63,479 nucleotides of DNA, filler included, from Circinaria calcarea (GCA_051942165.1; 41 parts of 41 records of this genome joined end to end with filler, not necessarily neighbours in it); one strand, 5' to 3'; shown: positions 38,241-50,779, numbered from the whole stretch's first letter. Program-made: numbers and translations. Notes: generated by a model from the letters alone, not told the origin.

Positions 38241-38797
38241 ATGCACTCCCTAAACCCATTCCTACGAGCCTTTTTTAGGAGCCCCCTTCCCTCCCAATGC
38301 AATCCCGCAAGCCAATATGTGAGTACACTGTCTCTTTGCGATGATAGAACTCCCTAGCGAAAAGCGCTAATTCTCGGATCCTAGATCCTACTTGTACCTA
38401 CGACCGACGTCCTCCTCACTTCTCGAGACCGCGAGACAAACAGCTCTTTGACAGAAATAGTCGGTACAGAAGAGTTCCTTGGCAGCCATGTCCTCCGGAT
38501 ACCTGAATCGCCGGTATCTGGGGGTGTCAAGGAACTGGGAAGTGGGCGGGACGCCCGGGGAAAGGCAAAGCAATTTGCCACAGTGAATGGGCGGACTGTG
38601 GTAATAAAAGAATCTTTCGTGTATAGCAATAAAGGTATGCTGAAGCGATCTCGCATCACAGTAATAATTGAAAAATTGACCGAACCGCAGGGTTTAGGAA
38701 TCTAAACCAGGCGCAACTACTCACGGATTCTTTGTACTATCACGATGGATTGGAGGCGCAACAGTGGCTACTATACTATATTTCAACACCATTGGTT
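38241..38797 (+). CDS. VPS9/ankyrin (Vrl1/VARP-like) protein, N-terminus
   Basis: MHSLNPFLRAFF...|ILLVPTTDVLL...EEFLGSHVL...GKAKQFATVNGRTVVIKESFVYSNKG|FRNLNQAQLL; assignment by memory of fungal homologues, VPS9 domain itself not in the contig. Confidence 0.7.
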
Positions 38798-38897
38798 NNN
38801 NNNNNNNNNNNNNNNNNNNNNNNNNNNNNNNNNNNNNNNNNTTAATTAATTAANNNNNNNNNNNNNNNNNNNNNNNNNNNNNNNNNNNNNNNNNNNN

Positions 38898-39707
38898 TTT
38901 ATATTTTTATAAAAAATATATTAGTCATGGTTTTGATTGAAGAGATTATTAATATTATTAATTCTTCTTATAAGGTTCTTTTGCCCTGATTATTAATAGT
39001 TTTCCGACGATTAAAAAAGCGGCTGTTTTTATTTTCTGAAGGCTTGACTGTATAATTTTTTATATATTAAAATTTTTACTTTCTGACGGCTTTTTTAAAA
39101 TTTAGATAATTTTCTTTCTAAACATTTAAAAAAATAGGTATTAAGTTAGATTCTAAATTTATTATAATAGAATGTAACTCTCTTGCTAACGTAACTCTAA
39201 AGGTGTTTTTATTAAGAATTTTTTATATTTCCTGCCTTAAGGTAAACGGTATGTCCTTCGTAAATAAATGGTTGGATTTTAAAAAAAGCTTAATTTTTTT
39301 GGCCCTGATTACCAGGCTGATTAATAAGGAGGGAGTTAGCATAAAAAAGCCGCTCGTTATATAAAAGATAATATAACGCAGCGGAAACTAAAAAGAGGAA
39401 ATCTAATAAATATAATAAATAATAATGTCTATGCTATTAATGGAGCGAAATATTATTAATTATTACACTGCGTGCAAAAGTACTATTGAATTGGAAATAA
39501 AAAATGATTTTTCTTTACGGGGAAAATTCTCGGGATATATTACCTAAATGGCGCTAATTTCCCGCTAATCCCTAAACCGCAGACGCAGCCTACGGTGTGA
39601 CTATAACACGTGTATTAATTATAATATAATTTATAAAAACGTTTTTAAATTATTATAATATAAAAATTCTTTACGAATAATATAATAATTTTATAATAAG
39701 AATTAAT
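38898..39707. mobile_element. Heavily AT-enriched transposon relic
   Basis: High AT, TpA rich, no long ORF; adjoins LTR-like elements. Confidence 0.6.
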
Positions 39708-39918
39708 TGTTAAAGGTTCAGCAGAAAGTGGCTTAAGCAATGCATAGAAACGGTATTCAATGTGTACGCAATAGTCGATATATTGTGTAACGTGTATAGT
39801 TCGCAAAGTGCGAAGGTAAGGGGAAAACTCTGCAACCCGCGCTATTACTAATACGGGTAGTACAGAACTTCTGCATACAGAAGTTCGGCATACAGTATGC
39901 TCGGCTCTCTATTTAACA
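39708..39918. mobile_element. LTR-like element family 1, copy A (211 bp)
   Basis: TGTTAAA...TTTAACA termini; similar copy at 43229-43438; no clear TSD. Confidence 0.75.
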
Positions 39919-39961
39919 TATTTTTATATCGAGGTTTAATTATAACGTAAAAATAAGAAAT

Positions 39962-40144
39962 TGTCAAACCTTTTGGGTTAGCTCCTCGGACGTATGTTAT
40001 TCCACTGCGCCCACGCGCACACATAAACAGATTTCTCTGCTGCAACACACAGTAGAGAGAGCATAGCAGTCATATACACGCAGTTGTAGCAGCAGTTATT
40101 CTCTCGCTCCTTTATCAATGCCATAGTGACTCAGTAGCTTGACA
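39962..40144. mobile_element. Solo LTR family 2 (183 bp) with 5-bp TSD
   Basis: GAAAT|TGTCAA...TTGACA|GAAAT. Confidence 0.85.
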
Positions 40145-40447
40145 GAAATTTACCGTAAATTCCTCAAAAACTCCGGCCGGTTACTGTTAGGGTGAAGCCA
40201 ATTCATAAAGATAGCAGGCCTAGAACCAAAGCAATTTGTGGGCTATATAAACCTAGAATAACATAAGGAGGTAAGATACATGGAACACGCGAATATAAAC
40301 AGGTGTGGGCGCCAAGCCACGCTAACCCTGATCCGTCATGTCATCGCNNNNNNNNNNNNNNNNNNNNNNNNNNNNNNNNNNNNNNNNNNNNTTAATTAAT
40401 TAANNNNNNNNNNNNNNNNNNNNNNNNNNNNNNNNNNNNNNNNNNNN

Positions 40448-41522
40448 TCCTCATTCAGGCCGTTATCGAAGCCGGCCTTGCAGAAGAACCTGGATGGAGA
40501 TCAATGCTCACCAAAGCGTTAGGGTTTCTCGACGATCAGCAAATTCGAGAGGATTGCAAAGACCAGGAAGCATGTTATCGCCAACGAAGGAAAGGGGCAT
40601 GGGCATTCAGTACCCGAGATCAAGGGTATACGGTCAGTGATTGCACAAGTGAGGCGATGAAGGCGGTCATCATGCTACAAAGACTTCCAGGATATCCTCA
40701 ACTCGTATCGGACGACCGGATTCGAGATGCCATAGATACGCTGCTGACCATGCAAAACCCTTCTGGCGGTTTTGCGTCTTATGAACCTACCCGAGGGTCA
40801 GAATACATGGAGTATCTTAACGCCGCAGAAGTCTTTGGTAGAATAATGGTCGAATACGATTATCCGGAATGCACGACCGCTGTTGTCACTGCTCTGTCAC
40901 TCTTCTCACAGCACGACCCCACTTACCGCAAAGCAGAGATTGCCAAAGCCAAAGAGGGTGCACTCAAGTACATCCGCAAAGCCCAACGACCCGACGGCTC
41001 ATGGTACGGTAGCTGGGGTATTTGTTTCACCTATGCCGGTATGTTTGCCCTCGAGTCCCTCGCCTCCGTTGGGGAGAAGTACGAAAACAGTTCCCGTGTC
41101 CGCAAAGCCTGCGACTTCTTCCTCGGTAAGCAGAAAGAAGATGGCGGCTGGGGAGAAAGTTACAAGAGCTGTGAGACGGGCGAGTATATGCATCATGCGA
41201 AGAGCCAGGTCGTGCAAACTTGCTGGGCCCTGCTGGGGCTGATGGAGGCGGGCTTTCCAGATCGGGAGCCGATCGAGCGGGGAATCCGTTTGGTGATGGG
41301 CAGGCAAAAGAGGAATGGCGAGTGGGAGCAGGAGGCTATCGAGGGGGTGTTCAATAAGAGTTGGTGAGTTTCTCCCCGTCTCTATTCTCTCCCTTCCATC
41401 TCGCGATAACAGCTAACGGTGCTTGGCCCAGTATGATTTCCTACCCGAATTACAAGTTCATCTTCCCCGTCAAGGCTTTGGGGATGTTTGCGAAGCGATA
41501 TGGCGATATTGAGATTCTGTAG
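40448..41522 (+). CDS. ERG7: Lanosterol synthase, 3' part, copy B
   Basis: Same motifs as copy A; last intron GTGAGT...GCTAAC...CAG, then MISYPNYKFIFPVKALG...EIL*. Confidence 0.97.
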
Positions 41523-43228
41523 GGTTTTTTGCAGGGCTAGACGTCTCATCAAAAGGTTATCAAGCACCTCCCTCCACTTCTCAAATTCCCTGTCTAGCAA
41601 ATATTTCTTTTGTCGTTCAAGTATTTTTTTGACACAATTTGTGCAACTCTTGCCATTCGCAACTACTGCCCGATAGAAAACTCAACTTTGATCCTAGTCT
41701 TCCCATTTTCTCATCATGATGACTTCACTTCCCCCTCCTCCCTTATTTGCATACAAAAAAAGAAAACGTGCCTGATTTAAGAAGCCCATCCCTTGGTGCT
41801 GTTTTTCGTCCTCCTGTTCATTGTTTTTTCCCTTGGGGTTGCTTGCTTGGTCAATGAGGGATTCAAGGGGAATGAATGGGGAATGAATGGGGGCNNNNNN
41901 NNNNNNNNNNNNNNNNNNNNNNNNNNNNNNNNNNNNNNTTAATTAATTAANNNNNNNNNNNNNNNNNNNNNNNNNNNNNNNNNNNNNNNNNNNNCTTATA
42001 CCACCCCTCCTTTTATCACCAACGCGCCCCTCCGATTATTCCTACCGGAGGCTCCAGAAACTCCGTAAACCCCGGAATCGTTTCCGTATTATAATTTATA
42101 ATTACCCTATAATAATATCTCGAACTTTACGGGTCTCTGAATACTCGAAAAGGTGTGTTAGGTAGGCACTGAATCACGTCTCTATTTACGTGTATACAAT
42201 GCAGTAAGTAAGGCAGTTCATACGCAGTGACTCGAATGCAATTCGTATTCATCCAGAATCTATAAAAAGTTTATGCTTATAAAGGGAGAAAACAACGTTT
42301 GTTATATATGACGCGACGGCGCTAGTTTTTCGCTTATTGAACCCCTGGGTCTGAACTCGCGAGTTCATGTGCATGATGCTAAGTTCGATAAATTATTTAT
42401 TTTATTTCCTCCTCTCCACCTGTACATACCTCTCCTTCTAGATATGTTGCCGGGGAGGGGGGGTTTGCGTGGCAGTAAGAATTAGTAATTTATAATTGGC
42501 GGGGCGTGGCGGATATTGGCCCAAAATATTAAAAAAGCCAAAAATAAAAAAACCCCGGGTATTTGCACGGGGAATTTATTTCTTTATTTCCTTAATTCAA
42601 CTACGCTACCAAGAACCCTTATGGGCTTATAAAAATAATTATAAATATACGGGAAAAAGCTTTGAGGTGAAACCCCTGCTTCTAGCTTACTTCGTTCCGT
42701 TCCTGCTTGCTATTTATAGTACCTGTATAGTAAACCGGCTATTATAATCACGGGTTCGTTTCGCCCTCCCTCCCAACTCGTTGCCTATTTATAGTACTCG
42801 CATGAAGGGCGCTTATCGAGGCGGGGGCATCGCGGAACGGGTCGGTCGGGCGGCGAAACGAGCACCCCTTTATTTCATGTCTGTTATGGTAATCCTTGAA
42901 ATTGCATGGCTGTCGTGTTGTTGGGGGGTCTGTAGCTGGTGCAGCCGCTGTTCCCACTGGGTTCTACTGGGGGTGGAGGGTACGACTTCGTCGTCTATTA
43001 CGTTTTTTACCATAACGGGGCAGCTATGGTAGGCTCCAGCCTGGCGTCTGTTATACTTGCGAGCCGTAATATAGATCTGCTAAATATAATAGTTTTATTC
43101 GGGCCTTCCTCTTTCCGATTCGGGCCGGTCTTTATATTTCTATCGGGGGAATAAGAGAAAAAGCAAGGGTTGAGGAATATTTAATAATAAATAGAATCAA
43201 AGAAATTGGATTTTCTTTTTCTCGTTTG

Positions 43229-43438
43229 TGTTAAAGGTTCAGCAGGGAGTGACTTAAGTAATGTATTGGAACGGTATTGGAAGTGTACGTAATAGTCGAT
43301 ATATTGTGTAATATGTATAGTTCGCAAAGTGCGAAGCAAAGGGAAAACCCTGCAACCCGCGCTACTACTTATACGGGTAGTATAGAACTTCTGCATACAG
43401 AAGTTCGGCATACAGTATGCTTGGCTCTCTATTTAACA
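43229..43438. mobile_element. LTR-like element family 1, copy B (210 bp)
   Basis: TGTTAAA...TTTAACA; colinear with 39708-39918, mostly transition differences. Confidence 0.75.
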
Positions 43439-43539
43439 TNNNNNNNNNNNNNNNNNNNNNNNNNNNNNNNNNNNNNNNNNNNNTTAATTAATTAANNNNN
43501 NNNNNNNNNNNNNNNNNNNNNNNNNNNNNNNNNNNNNNN

Positions 43540-44195
43540 CATCAGGAGAGCATTGGACCAACCGATTGGCGCCCGAAAGTGATGGGTCCCGTGAATGGTG
43601 GGCCTGCAATCCGTCTTGGAAAAACACGTTTATCTCGACCGCTTTACGAGCTGGGCTTTGGCTTTACGTCAAGGAAAAGCTCGAGGCAGACTGTCATCTT
43701 GTCGAGAAAAAGCAGGGCCGGCCGTTGCTGCACTACGCCTTGGTTCTCCCGGTCAACCATAAATGGTATCTCGTACCCCAGGCCCTATATATCGAGGTCA
43801 TACGCATTATCTTAGAGCAAGGGGCGGACCCGAACCAAGTATTCGACAACCGCACCGTCTGGTGCCATTTTCTCTTTTTCCTCGCTTTCCTACACAGGAA
43901 TAGTCCGAAGTTCGAGCAGCCAGACACGTGGTTAGAGGCAGTAGAATTGCTGATCCTCCACAAGGCCGATCGATGGCTCAATTTTGATTCTGTGTTTATG
44001 AAAATGACGGTGGGAAGTAGATTTAAAGAGTACGCCGAAATCATAGATGTTCTCCGGCACACATTTGGAGAAGAGCACATCCCCCGCTTCAAACGTTTGT
44101 TCGATGAAGCGCAAAAGAAGAGTTCCCTAGATAAAACCATCCAAAGCCGAAAATCACGCCTCTTGGCCACACTCGGGAAACTGACGTGTATTTAG
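43540..44195 (+). CDS. C-terminal ankyrin-like region typical of fungal NACHT/NLR-like proteins
   Basis: FISTALRAGLWLYVKEKL...GRPLLHYAL...IILEQGADPNQVFDNRTVW; open from the contig edge. Confidence 0.6.
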
Positions 44196-44676
44196 GGCTT
44201 ACAGCGGTAACGCTATTTCTGCATTTCTCACAAAGCCGCCAATAGCTGCGCCCTCGGTGCAGTGCGGAAAGAAAATGCACTGCAGTAAGGGGCTCTAAAG
44301 TGCATCGTCTTGACAGTGCAGCCTTCCGCACTGTGCGTCAACGATGCAGCTAATCTCGCTAAACGGGGTTACCTTAATTTACTTAGGTCATCGGGCATTA
44401 AAGTCCCGGGGAGCAGAAAAAAGGGGCGGGGGATGGCCGGCAGGCTTAAAAGGCTACATGTAGGGGGCTGCACTGTCAGTGCAATACGTTCTACACCGCC
44501 GGCGACGCAGTGCAGTTTGCAGTACAACACCGTACATTGCACCGCGGGAATTGGGCTTGGCAGTTGCAGCACCCGACACGGCACCGGCTGTACTACATAC
44601 AGGAAGCCTTTTCCCGGAAAGAGAGAAAAAGCAGAAGCAAATCCGGTACCGGATATGTATTCGGAACAACTAGCAT

Positions 44677-44733
44677 AGGCACAGACACAGGCACAGGCAC
44701 AGGTACAGGCACAGGCACAGGCACAGGCACAGA

Positions 44734-44826
<93 letters not shown>
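44677..44826. repeat. (ACAGGC)n microsatellite, ~25 units
   Basis: Direct reading; three variant units. Confidence 0.98.
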
Positions 44827-45100
44827 TCCCACCTCACCATCACCATTACCGCGCGAAATCCTCGAAAATGAAGGTCGAACCAACTCCACAGGGTTGAATT
44901 TTCAAACAAGTCCTAGCTACGCTTCTTTATAGAAAATGTAGATAGAATTTTGGAAGGTTGGGAAGGGGGCGCAGGGGCCGCTGGNNNNNNNNNNNNNNNN
45001 NNNNNNNNNNNNNNNNNNNNNNNNNNNNTTAATTAATTAANNNNNNNNNNNNNNNNNNNNNNNNNNNNNNNNNNNNNNNNNNNNGAGAGGGGTGGTTTAC

Positions 45101-45131
45101 TGCAGGTTTGGCAGGTTGCTTTTTTGCACAT
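45101..45131 (-). CDS. First exon of a probable small Cys-rich conserved fungal protein
   Basis: ACCATG start, MCKKATCQTC, then a GTAAAC donor at the contig edge. Confidence 0.45.
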
Positions 45132-45584
45132 GGTGGAGGGGAAGGAGTTTTTTGATGGTGAAGTGTCTCTCTATATAGATTATGGAGGGAAACTTGATGG
45201 ATGTGGCACAGGGGCGTGAGCAATATGGAGGGTATCCCTATGCCAAGGATGATGTTGAGGTTGTAAGGTACGTACGGTATCGGCACCGGAGATAAGCAAA
45301 ATTCCGGAGTGGTGACGAGTAGACGTTCTGTCAGGGGTTTGGTATCTTCTATCTAGAGTACTCGCACTCCGCTTTATCGCGCTTCTATTCATCCTTCGTT
45401 TGTTGTACAATACTTTGGTTGCCGTTACCAAATCCAAGATCTCCTTCTCTAGCTTCTAGCGCCATATCCCCAAACCTATGCGCGCCCAAGATCGCTGGCT
45501 GAAAATCGCATCATCCCACGGGACATCCCTGCTCAAATACCTATTCTCTTCATGAATTTACAGTTTACTATGTAACATGAACAA

Positions 45585-46417
45585 TCATCCCTCCATCAGC
45601 GTCATTACCAAAATTAAGAGAACGACCTGTCTCAAGTTAATTAGCTATCATATCTCGCAGATATCATTTGCCAGTCTTTGTTTACCGCGAAAACTCCCAA
45701 ACCCTCCAGTTTCAAGTCCCAACTCCCGACTACAACACTCCTCCCTTTGAGGATGCGGTTCTGAACTCGGAAGAATCTCAGCGCACCAATGATGTTCACC
45801 ACCATGGCCCACGTGATCAGAGCACAGCTGAGTGTGGTACCGACGCCCCTCAAACCAGAGTTGTTCGGTGTTCCCGGTGTAGATGCCTCGAGGAGCACAT
45901 ACCATTGAGAAATGAATACCGAGACTTCTATCAGTGCAACAGACGTATGGAAGTGGGCTAGGAAAGTTCGCTCCAGAGCTGCGCACTAGATCAGTTTTAC
46001 CGCATGCTGCCAGTCATCGGCTTGAAGGTATCTTCGGTTACAAGAGAAATGCAACTTACCCAAATGATCTCGGACGTCTGAATCGGGAGGCATTATCACA
46101 GAGATGCGCGTACCCCACCAGCTTTGATCTGGTCGGGGGTTTCTCAATGGGAATTCGCTTGAAGACTGACTTGTTGTATCTGTGAGCGTTGCTCCGCTGT
46201 CATCGTCTAACAACTCGTATTTTCTTGCAGCGGGTAATTTGATGACGACCAACTCGATCGAGTCCATCATGTCCGAGATGAACCGCTTGGGGGACTTCCA
46301 TGCATCCATGTTTGGGGATTTCCATGCGTCCAGCTTTGGAGACTTCCATGTAGCCATTCTGATTTCCCCGACCGCATGGTGTTTCCCGACCGAGTTTGCT
46401 GATATTCCGGATGGCAA
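45585..46417 (-). CDS. DUF202 membrane protein (multi-exon)
   Basis: DVRDHL|ALERTFLAHFHTS..., hydrophobic helices, GALRFFRVQ; GT-AG introns. Confidence 0.8.
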
Positions 46418-48173
46418 TGCATTCCTATATGACTACGAAGGTCTAACGGCTATACAAAGGTATGACAATATCCAAAAAGGAATGTACTAGCACGCCACGG
46501 CCCCTGCTACTATCCTTTTGGCGCTTGAANNNNNNNNNNNNNNNNNNNNNNNNNNNNNNNNNNNNNNNNNNNNTTAATTAATTAANNNNNNNNNNNNNNN
46601 NNNNNNNNNNNNNNNNNNNNNNNNNNNNNTCTTCGCCATTGGTAGCTTGACAGGAGATTCTCTCATTAGATTTGCTTTCGGGGGCTGTGTCCGCGCAGCT
46701 CGAGAGACCCTATTGAGAAAAAACCAGCAACCTGTTCATGCTCCTGCGCCGACAAAACATTCTACGAATCACGACATTGGAAAAGATAGCATTGGATACA
46801 GTTTGAGTAATGGCCATACAGGTCTTGGCCTTGATAGAATTGGGCGGGCTACTACCCTAGAGTTAGATGCTTGTCAAGTTTGACTTGGCGGCAAAAATTA
46901 GAACGGTATATTGGCGATGCTTGAGGATGTTGATAGACTTTATTCATTGTTTGCTTTTTATCACTGCTGCATCCATACGCAGTCTTAATTACTATTCGTA
47001 CCGTTTGAGAACCGTCGAGAAGTCTGTAGGATACACAGCTCATAACCTTATCCATGTTATGGAGTCCCCATGGAAAGCGTCATCCGCGATAATGTTAAAT
47101 ACCTTCAAGGCAGCCGAACCATCTAATTCTTCTTATACAAATCTATAATCTATACCTATATATGAGGGAAATGTACCTGGTTCCGTTACAATAGCCCACT
47201 CATGAAACCGGAGCGAAGCAGAGAGCATGCATCTAGGCATAATACTTATTTATCCTGAGAGGACTGCTCGCTGAGATAGGGAACAAGCATTCAAGGAATA
47301 ACGCAGGCATAGGGGCGCAGCATAAAAGCCGAAGCCTGTATCTAGCATCCAGCTATTGATTCAATGGTCCGAAGCGAACTCTTACCTACACGGAGGCAGA
47401 TTGATGTTATATAAGGCAGTACTCAAAACTCGCACGTGAAGGGCAGCGATAGAGGACGAAGAGCCTGGCTGGTAAAGGTAATATCAGGAGGCGTGGTTAT
47501 GGCAGTTTCTGCCAGATCGGCGCAAATTCAGAGCTCGGGCAGTTGAACTTTAACGGGAGGTTTCAAGATTGGGGTGCAATGTTCTTCTTCCGCCATACTA
47601 TTGCAATCAGACACGCCCACCAGATTCCAATCTTATAGATATGCCACTATATTTGACAACAACTACGCTGGGATTCAGTAAGCCAATTTAGGAACCTAGG
47701 GAGTGTGCTCCCAATCAGGAGACGCTCGCATTGCTGCAGTTGAATCGGCGAGCTTCTGAAGAACTGATTGAAGCCATAGACTATTTAAGTGGTAAAACTC
47801 TCCAGCTACTGACTGTCCTGGCTATTGGACCTGGCTTACCGATTGATTTACATGCCCGAATCACTTCCGAACCCCTAGAAGACAGAGACAGCGGTCCGAA
47901 CAAGTTCAAAATCATGCCGCTACATCTCCGTGCTCTTCTGCATCCTAGCATATGCGGGAGGATCCGCTATCCAAATTGCATAGCTATGTAAGTTGTGAAT
48001 GCGGAGAGATAACCTTGGTGAGATTCTCGGATCCCGTGAATATACTTCGACTAAAGGTAGTGTATCGTGCAAGNNNNNNNNNNNNNNNNNNNNNNNNNNN
48101 NNNNNNNNNNNNNNNNNTTAATTAATTAANNNNNNNNNNNNNNNNNNNNNNNNNNNNNNNNNNNNNNNNNNNN

Positions 48174-48550
48174 AAATAAAATAAAATAAATAAATATATT
48201 TTATAAAAAATAAAAAAATAATTTTTTTTTAAAAATATAAAAATTTTTTATTTTTAAAAGCTCGGGAATAATTATAATATTAATAATAATATTTTAATAT
48301 TATAAATTTCTTAATATAAAAATCTAATAAATTATATAATATAATATTAAATTTAAATTCGGAAATTTTTTTAATTTATTTTTTATATTTAATTTCTATT
48401 AAAATTAGGGCGTAAATTATAATTTAAATTAATAATTTAATTTAATTTATTATTTTTAAATTATATTAATAATTCAGTTCAGCTACTCTGAATTATGAAT
48501 AAATAATACGAATTAAATTACTAAATTGATAGTTCAGCAGTTTAGTTTAG
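48174..48550. mobile_element. Extremely AT-rich relic (RIP end-state)
   Basis: Almost only A/T with residual CG/GG. Confidence 0.55.
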
Positions 48551-48896
48551 TTCTGTAATGGCGCCACCAGCCGTGATTAGTATTACACGTACCAAGGGTA
48601 TTCAAGAGGATGATCCGAGTGATCCCTTGTGTAATATATGGGATCAACGGGGGTACTGGTGATTTAAGTGATCCGGTTGATCTGGTTATAGAATAATGGG
48701 ATTATAGAGATTATTGCTATAACCCTTGTTATAGGAAAGATATATAGGCACAATCCTTTCCGTAATATTTAACCTGTGTGGTCAAGACTTTATAAGTGTA
48801 GTAATATACTTATATTCGTCACTTACTTGCTAAGTGATTGGTATAGAACCCTCGTGCATATCTACAGAGCCCCTGCCTTATACCAGTGACTAAGCA

Positions 48897-49464
48897 TTGC
48901 CTTCGCCTGAGAAGCCTAGGGACGTAACAAGTTCGAACTGCCGAACTACTGGCGGCGCTGACCCAGAGGCCTACGCGGAGGCTAGCGAAGCGCTCATTGC
49001 AAGGAAAAAAGTCCCTAAAGTCACAGTCGAACTCGACAAGGCCAAGGGTGGGCATAAGAACAAATGGGGTCAAACAAAAACAAAGAGACCGAGTCTGATG
49101 GTAAAGCCCTTGTGGCCGCTGCCTGTGAAGAAAAAAATTGGGAAGGAGCAAAAATAACGTATGTATATTCCCCTGCTTCCTCTCCACCATTATCCAATGT
49201 TTGGAAAACCGGCTAAGTTTGACCTGTAGAGCGGCATTCCACACCTCGGGTGGGGAGATCGAAAAGCACGTGGACTACATCCCTACCGGGCGAACAGATA
49301 CATCTCACGTTACCAAGAGCGGCAAGGTCACAAGCGGCCCGGGTGGAAAAAGTGTGCGCCGTCGATCGCTATCTGAACGTGATCTCGACGTCCTTGAGTT
49401 CCACCGTCGAAGCTTTTTGGAAGCTCGCGAAGCATACGCAGATGCTTTGGAGGCTATCTTGTAG
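48897..49464 (+). CDS. Possible two-exon hypothetical basic protein or pseudogene
   Basis: Two ORFs flank a GTATGT...GCTAAG...TAG intron-like segment; the first ORF stops just before the donor. Confidence 0.3.
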
Positions 49465-50779
49465 CGTAGCTGATGGTGAAGGCGCTTCAGAGGCTCTGTT
49501 TTTATAAAAAGGTTAATGTTGCGTCTAAAGCTACCTATTGGGGGGGGGGATGGAAAGTCGGCAGGGATTGGGGACGAGGTGATAAAATTATGTGGTTTTT
49601 GGAGGAAATACTTAGTNNNNNNNNNNNNNNNNNNNNNNNNNNNNNNNNNNNNNNNNNNNNTTAATTAATTAANNNNNNNNNNNNNNNNNNNNNNNNNNNN
49701 NNNNNNNNNNNNNNNNATAGCGTAGGGCTGTTTATCGCGTCCACTTACTAGTATGGTCTTCCATTATGATACACACCTTATGGAAGCAATCAACTCTGTG
49801 GAGCAACTTACCTTTGCTCTTCTGGTAGTTCTGTAATAATTTGGTGTCCTAGATGAACTACTGGACTATGAAAGACGCCTACGAGAAACCTTTTAACTGA
49901 TAACGTTACGGGCATGTCGATCGATTTGGATCTTGCCGAATAGTTTGGCAGTGGAAGCAAGCAGCGAGTAAAAACGGTACAGCTAGTAATTCAGCTACTT
50001 GCGAATTCCAAGAAAACGAACACCGTATTCGTTGCCTTGCCTGGAGAATATATCTCCTTTCGCACCTTATTCTGCAAGAGCCCAGAACTAATATATAATT
50101 CCCTGCATGGTATCGTGGCATCGTTCGTGTCAATACCACCGGCAGCCTCGCTATCACCTGCAGCTAATGGATAGCGGCGCGGTTTACAGATTTGCAAGAA
50201 AGTCTCAGATTGCCTCAGCTCTCAGACGTGTGGCGCTAAGCCCCTAGCGGGATTTGTCCTGAATATAGCACAGAAAGGTCCGTAAGAGGCTAAGGGCTGA
50301 AAGAAAATGCCCTACTAGAAGCTGCTGGCTTAACCTACTTGAAAAAAAAAATCCCAGCGGCTTTTGTCCCCGTACAATTGTCAAAAAAAAGGTGGAGAAT
50401 CACAAGTTTTCTAAATCTTAAAAGTCCTACGGATAATAAGCGCCACACCCCCTTTCTTCGTAGGATGTAAGAGATGGGAACTCATAGATCCATCTATTAC
50501 AATGTGGAGAAAAGGTAGTTTTGGAAAAATCCTCAAACTGTTTCCAGCGGTCCAGACTCTCAATCCTTTTTTTGTTTTTTCCTTCTCCTTTTCTGGCAGA
50601 GGGGGAACGCAAGATTAGGGGGGAAAAAGAAAAAGAAAAAAAGTGGGGGAGAGGGGGAAGCCAAGCCGGTTCCAAATCTACCATACATACCATGAACTGT
50701 GGGGAAGAATTCCACAAAAAAGGAAAAAAAAGATTGTTAAAAAAACGGGGCCCTTCGCATTCGCATTGCAGTGGTGTAT

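Noticed and set aside
44510..44932. GT-, VP- and CL-repeat ORFs (also the KPKTQNP, LDWTG and poly-E/KR ORFs near 50.7, 57.8 and 62.1 kb)
   Set aside because: Translations of stop-free microsatellites, not genes
46630..48073. Scattered short ORFs, possible decayed gene
   Set aside because: No family motif found in the frames I read
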